DNA of 31,540 nucleotides from Chlamydiia bacterium (GTDB lineage Bacteria; Chlamydiota; Chlamydiia; Chlamydiales; 2-12-FULL-49-11): NCBI GenBank assembly GCA_044359535.1, contig JBIKLZ010000009.1, positions 1 to 31,540 of the forward strand, read 5' to 3'. Shown piece by piece: positions 26,793 to 31,540 of this stretch (position 1 is its first letter; each line of letters starts with the position of its first letter). The notes under the pieces were generated by a model. It saw only the letters and a program-made list of their open reading frames with translations, ran no database searches and was not told where the DNA came from. The position numbers and the translations under genes were made by a program.

Positions 26793-28133
26793 TTAGACGT
26801 TTCTATCAAGTTTTCCCTCTAATTCTACAGAAGCAAATTGTAAAAGGGTCTCTTGTTGGATTTTTTGATCATTAAATTTCTTTGTATCTTCGATTTTTTC
26901 AACAATAGCGTGAGATGTCTTCTTAAGATTAGAGGATAGGTTTTCTGAAAAAGATGTATGTATTATAGAACTTTTTTCCTTTAACCCTTCTAACTGTTTT
27001 AAAATCTCTTGAGAAGATGTTGCGTATTTGCAGGAGAGCATTTTTTGTAGAAGCATCTCTACATGGATTTGTTTCCGAATAGGGGGAAAACTGTAGTGAT
27101 AGGTGTTGCTTAAAATATCTAAAATAGCAAGAACTTGATCTATTGAATAAATAGAAGAGGTGTTTTTATAGCCTTGAACTTCTTCCTCAGTAAAGAGTTT
27201 AGACTCCTCTGTCTTGTGGTTAAGGAGGGAGTATGCGTGGTGTTTAAAATGAATGGAGAGTTCATCAATAAGGGAGGAAAGATGGGTATGTAAAGAAAAA
27301 AGGGTAGGGCCGAGGGTAAAGGGTAAAGATTGATCAAACGTTTTAAAGCCTTGGTCAAAAGCAAAAAAATATTTTTTCGGACAAACCCCTAAAAGAGCAT
27401 AGACCTCATCGGAGGTGAGGGTTTCTTTATCATAGGCAACAAGGGTTTCAAGGAGGGATTCAGCATCACGCATACTTCCATCTCCAAGTCTTGCAATTAA
27501 AGAAAGGGCATCATCATTGATTTTTTTAGAGATCTTTTTAGTGATAGAGACTAATTTTTGTTTAATTAAATCAAGAGAAATCCTTTTTAAATCGATACGT
27601 TGGCACCGAGAAAGGATGGTTGGCGGGATTTTATGCGCTTCAGTGGTTGCTAAAAAAAATTTTGTATTCGAAGGGGGTTCTTCAAGGGTTTTTAAAAGGG
27701 CATTAAAGGCTTCTTTTGTCAGCATGTGCACTTCATCTATAATATAAATTTTATATTTTCCATTAAATGTTGCATACCCAACAGTTTCATTGATATTTCG
27801 AATGTCATCAATACCTCGGTGAGAAGCCCCATCAATTTCTAAAACATCGAGAGAAGAGGCGTTGATAATTTCTTTGCAAGAACGGCAATTGTTGCATGGC
27901 TCGGAGTTATCGGGATGATCGCAATTTAAAGCTTTTGCAAAAATACGGGCAAGGCTTGTCTTCCCAGTGCCATGAAGTCCAGTAAAAAGATAGGCATGAG
28001 CTAATTTTTTTGAAGCAATTTGATTTTTTAAAAGGGTAGTTACTGCTGTATGACTTGTCACGTCGGAAAATGTCATTGGACGAAATTTCCTTGAAAGGGC
28101 GATATAGTCATTTATAGGCATAAACATCTCCAA
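26793..28133 (-). CDS. dnaX: DNA polymerase III gamma/tau (start may be a few codons downstream)
   Basis: RKFRP, GTGKTS, Cys4 Zn module, IIDEVHML, LLKTLEEPP, SRC, GSMRDA. Confidence 0.98.
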   Translation of the reverse strand: MEMFMPINDYIALSRKFRPMTFSDVTSHTAVTTLLKNQIASKKLAHAYLFTGLHGTGKTSLARIFAKALNCDHPDNSEPCNNCRSCKEIINASSLDVLEIDGASHRGIDDIRNINETVGYATFNGKYKIYIIDEVHMLTKEAFNALLKTLEEPPSNTKFFLATTEAHKIPPTILSRCQRIDLKRISLDLIKQKLVSITKKISKKINDDALSLIARLGDGSMRDAESLLETLVAYDKETLTSDEVYALLGVCPKKYFFAFDQGFKTFDQSLPFTLGPTLFSLHTHLSSLIDELSIHFKHHAYSLLNHKTEESKLFTEEEVQGYKNTSSIYSIDQVLAILDILSNTYHYSFPPIRKQIHVEMLLQKMLSCKYATSSQEILKQLEGLKEKSSIIHTSFSENLSSNLKKTSHAIVEKIEDTKKFNDQKIQQETLLQFASVELEGKLDRNV

Positions 28134-28241
28134 AAAGCATATTTTAATATAATCTTCTATCAGGTATCAAGAGATAGATCAAGGTAAGTGTACCAGAAAA
28201 GGTGTTTTTTAGCGCAAAAAAATAGAGAAAGTGTTTAATAT

Positions 28242-30389
28242 ATGAAGAGATGGGGTGTTGTGTTTAAAAAGAGAATAGGAAAAGAAAAAAAGGGTTGTGG
28301 GAAAAAGTTCTCCAAAAGAGACTACCTTTTGCTCCTTATTTTAACCCTGTCCCTTGCAGGATTTTTTCACTTTAGAGAGGTCCGCTTTTTTATTTTTGAG
28401 CTCAATAGTGTCGCCCCACATGATATTGTAGCCATTCAAGATTTTTCTTATCTAGACAAGAAACAAATGATTGTTTTAAGGCAAGAAGCCCTTGTTGATT
28501 TAGGAAAAATTTGGCGTATTAAAGAAAGGGATATTAAGCAGGTTGAAGGAGATTTTTTAAGACAATTATCCAATCATCCAAATTGGAGAAGCACCTATCC
28601 AGTAACCTATAATGAGATGGTTGATGTCTCTAAAGATCTATTTCAAGAAATGGAAAATTGGCATTTTACCGATAAAAGAACCTATAAAAAAAGGGAAGAG
28701 ATAGGGGAGAAAGTAGGTCAATATTCTTTAGTTGAAGGGGTAGTTTTCAATAAACCCCTTATTCTTCCAAATGACTTTTGGAAAAAAATTGAGCAAAGGG
28801 TAGAGGAGGATAATAGCGCCTATGTTAAAGAAATCGCTTTTATCATCAGTTCAATAAAGGGGTATAAATTTCATCTAGAAAGGGATCATGATGAACGGCT
28901 TTTAATGGAAAAAAATATCTTTACAACGATTCCAGAAATTTACTCCTTTAGATCTCAGCATGAAATGATTGTAAAAAAAGGGGATGTGATCACTCAAAGG
29001 GAGTATGATCAAATCCTTGCAATGAAGGAAGCTTTAAAAAAATCACGCAATTTGTTGTCCCCTTTAAAAATTCTTTCATCTTTATTACTTGCCATGTTAG
29101 TGGTCTTTTTAGGCGGGATGTTTTTTTATATGAAACATCAAAAAGTGTTAAAAAGCACAAATACATTAGCATTATACATTGTGTTAATTCTTGTAACATG
29201 TGGGATTGCAAAAGGGATAGAGCTTATTCTTAATTCCACCCCTTATCCAATAGCAAGCCTTTTTCAGTTTCCGATCATCATCCCTTTTATGTCGATTTTA
29301 TTAGCGATATTTTTAAATGAAAGTATTGCTCTGTTTACAAGTTTGTTTTTGACTGTCTTAATAGGTTTTACACTTGCTGTCAGCCACAATCACTTTATTA
29401 TTATCAATGTGTTTGCTGGGATTGTAGCCTCCCTTAGTGCAGCAAAAATGAAAAAGAGAAAAGAGATTTTTTTTGTTTGTTTTAAAGTATGGGCGGTATG
29501 TTCATTTGCGATGTTGATTTATCTTCTTTCAATCAATCGGTTATTTAATGAAACAGCCCTTTTACAGCTTGCAGCCTTTGCAATGAATATTATTGTGATA
29601 GCAGTATTATTAATTGTAGTGATTCCAATTATTGAGCTTGTCTTTCATATTATGACAAATATTGCCCTTGTTGAATATATTGATCCTACCCACCCTTTAT
29701 TACAAAGGTTAAGTTTAGAAGCCCCAGGGACGTACCAGCATTCATTATCTATTGGTCACATTGCTGAGTATGCAGCAAATGCTATTGGTGCAAATGGGAT
29801 GCTTTGTAGAGTTACAACACTCTACCATGACGTAGGAAAGTTAAATAACCCCCACTATTATACAGAAAATCAGTTGATGACAGGACAAAGACCTTTTAAT
29901 ATTCATCAATTATTAACTCCGATTGAATCGGCCTATATTATTAAAAGTCATATTCTAGATGGGGTGGCCCTTGCTAAGCAGTATAAATTGCCTAAAATTT
30001 TTATAGACATTATTTTAGAACATCATGGAACCACATTGATTAAGTTTTTTTACTTAGAGCAACTGAAAAAAATGAATGGGATAGAAAAGGATGTCGACGA
30101 CAAAGCATTTAGATACCCTGGCCCAAAACCACAAACAAAAGAATCAGCAATTATCATGCTTGCCGATTCGGTAGAGGCAGCTTCTAGAACCCTTGAAGAA
30201 AATTCAGAAGAGGTGGTTCAAAAGCTTGTGGAAAGGATTACCTCTTCAAAAATTTTAGATAATCAGTTTGATGAATGTAACCTTACCTTTGATGAGCTTT
30301 CTATTGTGAAGCAAAAGCTTGTTGAGATAATAAAAGCGACCCATCATTTGAGAATCAAATATCCAGAAGAGCCTCAGTATAGAAAGTAG
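28242..30389 (+). CDS. 7TM-HD phosphohydrolase (PgpH/YqfF-like, candidate c-di-AMP phosphodiesterase)
   Basis: N-terminal TM, soluble domain, 7TM, APGTYQHS, YHDVGK, ENQ, EHHGTT, FRYPGPKPQ, LADSVEAASR. Confidence 0.92.
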   Translation: MKRWGVVFKKRIGKEKKGCGKKFSKRDYLLLLILTLSLAGFFHFREVRFFIFELNSVAPHDIVAIQDFSYLDKKQMIVLRQEALVDLGKIWRIKERDIKQVEGDFLRQLSNHPNWRSTYPVTYNEMVDVSKDLFQEMENWHFTDKRTYKKREEIGEKVGQYSLVEGVVFNKPLILPNDFWKKIEQRVEEDNSAYVKEIAFIISSIKGYKFHLERDHDERLLMEKNIFTTIPEIYSFRSQHEMIVKKGDVITQREYDQILAMKEALKKSRNLLSPLKILSSLLLAMLVVFLGGMFFYMKHQKVLKSTNTLALYIVLILVTCGIAKGIELILNSTPYPIASLFQFPIIIPFMSILLAIFLNESIALFTSLFLTVLIGFTLAVSHNHFIIINVFAGIVASLSAAKMKKRKEIFFVCFKVWAVCSFAMLIYLLSINRLFNETALLQLAAFAMNIIVIAVLLIVVIPIIELVFHIMTNIALVEYIDPTHPLLQRLSLEAPGTYQHSLSIGHIAEYAANAIGANGMLCRVTTLYHDVGKLNNPHYYTENQLMTGQRPFNIHQLLTPIESAYIIKSHILDGVALAKQYKLPKIFIDIILEHHGTTLIKFFYLEQLKKMNGIEKDVDDKAFRYPGPKPQTKESAIIMLADSVEAASRTLEENSEEVVQKLVERITSSKILDNQFDECNLTFDELSIVKQKLVEIIKATHHLRIKYPEEPQYRK

Positions 30390-30404
30390 TTTTTTTTTAT
30401 AAAG

Positions 30405-30752
30405 AACATCCTCTCCAAAATTAGCTTTTATTAGACTTCTTTCGAAACTTGCTTTGATTGAAAAAATGAATTATTTTTGAGTACATTTTTTCAAAAAAGA
30501 TGACAAAAAGAATCATTTTAAAAACAAATGAAGTTTTGAAACAAGTCTAATAAAAGAGTTACAGTTGAAAGCGCAATAGCACGTTGGAAGAGACTTTTTG
30601 GACCTGCACTTCAAAGTAGAAATCAACAAAATCAAGATCTAGAAATTGCTCTTAAATCAAGTATATTGAATAAAATGAAGGTTGCATAAGAGAAACTTGC
30701 TCTACTTTATAAAATGGATCTAAGTCCTTTTAGTGAATTAGGAAACACTCCC
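30405..30752 (+). mobile_element. Degraded IS5-family (IS903 group) remnant: transposase C-terminus plus putative right inverted repeat
   Basis: 30549-30689 reads NKRVTVESAIARWKRLFGPALQSRNQQNQDLEIALKSSILNKMKVA* (IS903-like R..aE.a..R.K.lFG..L..R...Q..E.....LNKM); upstream is broken by stops; GAATTAGGAAACACTCCC (30735-30752) resembles the IS903 IR; left boundary approximate. Confidence 0.75.
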
Positions 30753-30781
30753 GAGTGAGTTATCAGTAAATTTTATTTAAT

Positions 30782-31540
30782 TTACTTTAGATAAAATTCT
30801 CTTTTTAAAAGATTTAAGTCCATTTCAATGGCTTTATCAAGACCTTCTATCTGCTTTTCAATAGGGGCTAAATTAGAATAGGGCGTATGAAAGGAAGCAT
30901 AGATTTTAATTTTGGGTTCTGTTCCGGAGGGGCGAAATATAAAGCGTGAACCGTCTTCAAGATAGAAGGTAAGAACCTTGGATCGCGGTAAACAAATAGG
31001 TTTAACCTTTTTTTCAGGAAATGTTGTTGAAATAAGAGTTTCATAATTATCAATTTTGATCACTTTTTTTCCCAGCAACGTTTCTGGAGGGTGATCCATC
31101 ATAAGGGACATTTGTCCATCAAGCATCCCTTTTTCTTTATATTCTATCGATGTCCCCCCTTCTCGATAGATCCCATATTTTTTATAGATCTCATAAAGAA
31201 GGTCTAAGAGAGTTTTATTTTCTAAGTGAAGGTGCAAGGCAATTTCAGCAATCTGACACGATGCTAAAACCGCATCTTTATCTCGAATCTGGGTCGATGA
31301 TAAATACCCTAAAGACTCTTCAAACCCAAAGAGAAATTGATAGGAGCCCTCTTTCCAACGTTCAATAAGTTCAGCGATATATTTAAACCCAGTAAGAGTT
31401 TCAAAACAAGTCCCTCCTAAATCGGTTGTGATGGCATTACAAAGGGGGGTAGAGACAATGGTTGTAATACAGGCCCAATTGTGTAAACCCTCTTTATGGG
31501 TAGCTAAAAAATAAAGAAAAAGAATCCCAAGCTCATTGCC
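30782..31540 (-). CDS. Phosphoglucomutase/phosphomannomutase, 3' part (5' end beyond the window)
   Basis: Frame open to the window edge: TTIVST, TLTGFKY, FGFEESLGY, RDKDAV, RPSGTEPKIKIY. Confidence 0.95.
   Translation of the reverse strand, partial: GNELGILFLYFLATHKEGLHNWACITTIVSTPLCNAITTDLGGTCFETLTGFKYIAELIERWKEGSYQFLFGFEESLGYLSSTQIRDKDAVLASCQIAEIALHLHLENKTLLDLLYEIYKKYGIYREGGTSIEYKEKGMLDGQMSLMMDHPPETLLGKKVIKIDNYETLISTTFPEKKVKPICLPRSKVLTFYLEDGSRFIFRPSGTEPKIKIYASFHTPYSNLAPIEKQIEGLDKAIEMDLNLLKREFYLK

Noticed and set aside
26971-26977. AAAAAAG in dnaX as an E. coli-type -1 frameshift site
   Set aside because: It is in the wrong phase (GAA AAA AGT, not A AAA AAG) and I see no downstream stimulatory hairpin
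30782-31237. 151-aa stand-alone ORF or truncated pseudogene
   Set aside because: The frame is open to the window edge; it is the 3' part of a phosphohexomutase

Overview
AT-rich chromosomal segment of a Chlamydiae bacterium, most likely an environmental (non-Chlamydiaceae) lineage. The assignment rests on HrcA with the chlamydial C-terminal tail, a UPF0158/CT429-like gene, the P1B-ATPase/VIT1/serS, yycJ/ftsK and dnaX/ybaB/ptsI blocks, and the presence of hprK, ndh and a large GDH. Housekeeping content: hrcA-grpE-dnaK with CIRCE, eukaryote-type NAD-GDH, P1B-4 ATPase plus VIT1/CCC1 plus serS, MBL hydrolase, ftsK, tRNA-His, comEC, ndh, hprK, ptsI (no ptsH between them), ybaB, dnaX, a 7TM-HD (PgpH-like) phosphodiesterase, an IS903-group remnant and the 3' half of a phosphogluco/mannomutase. 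Inserted singly between these blocks are four orphan, membrane-anchored effector/Inc-like genes: an Ala/Pro-repeat Inc-like protein, a dual-specificity-phosphatase-like protein with a 22x9-bp repeat stalk, a small Inc-like protein and a membrane-anchored alpha/beta hydrolase. All four share a near-consensus promoter/leader architecture. A tandem pair of 132-aa orphan paralogs lies upstream of comEC. All calls come from reading motifs by eye; no database searches were run.
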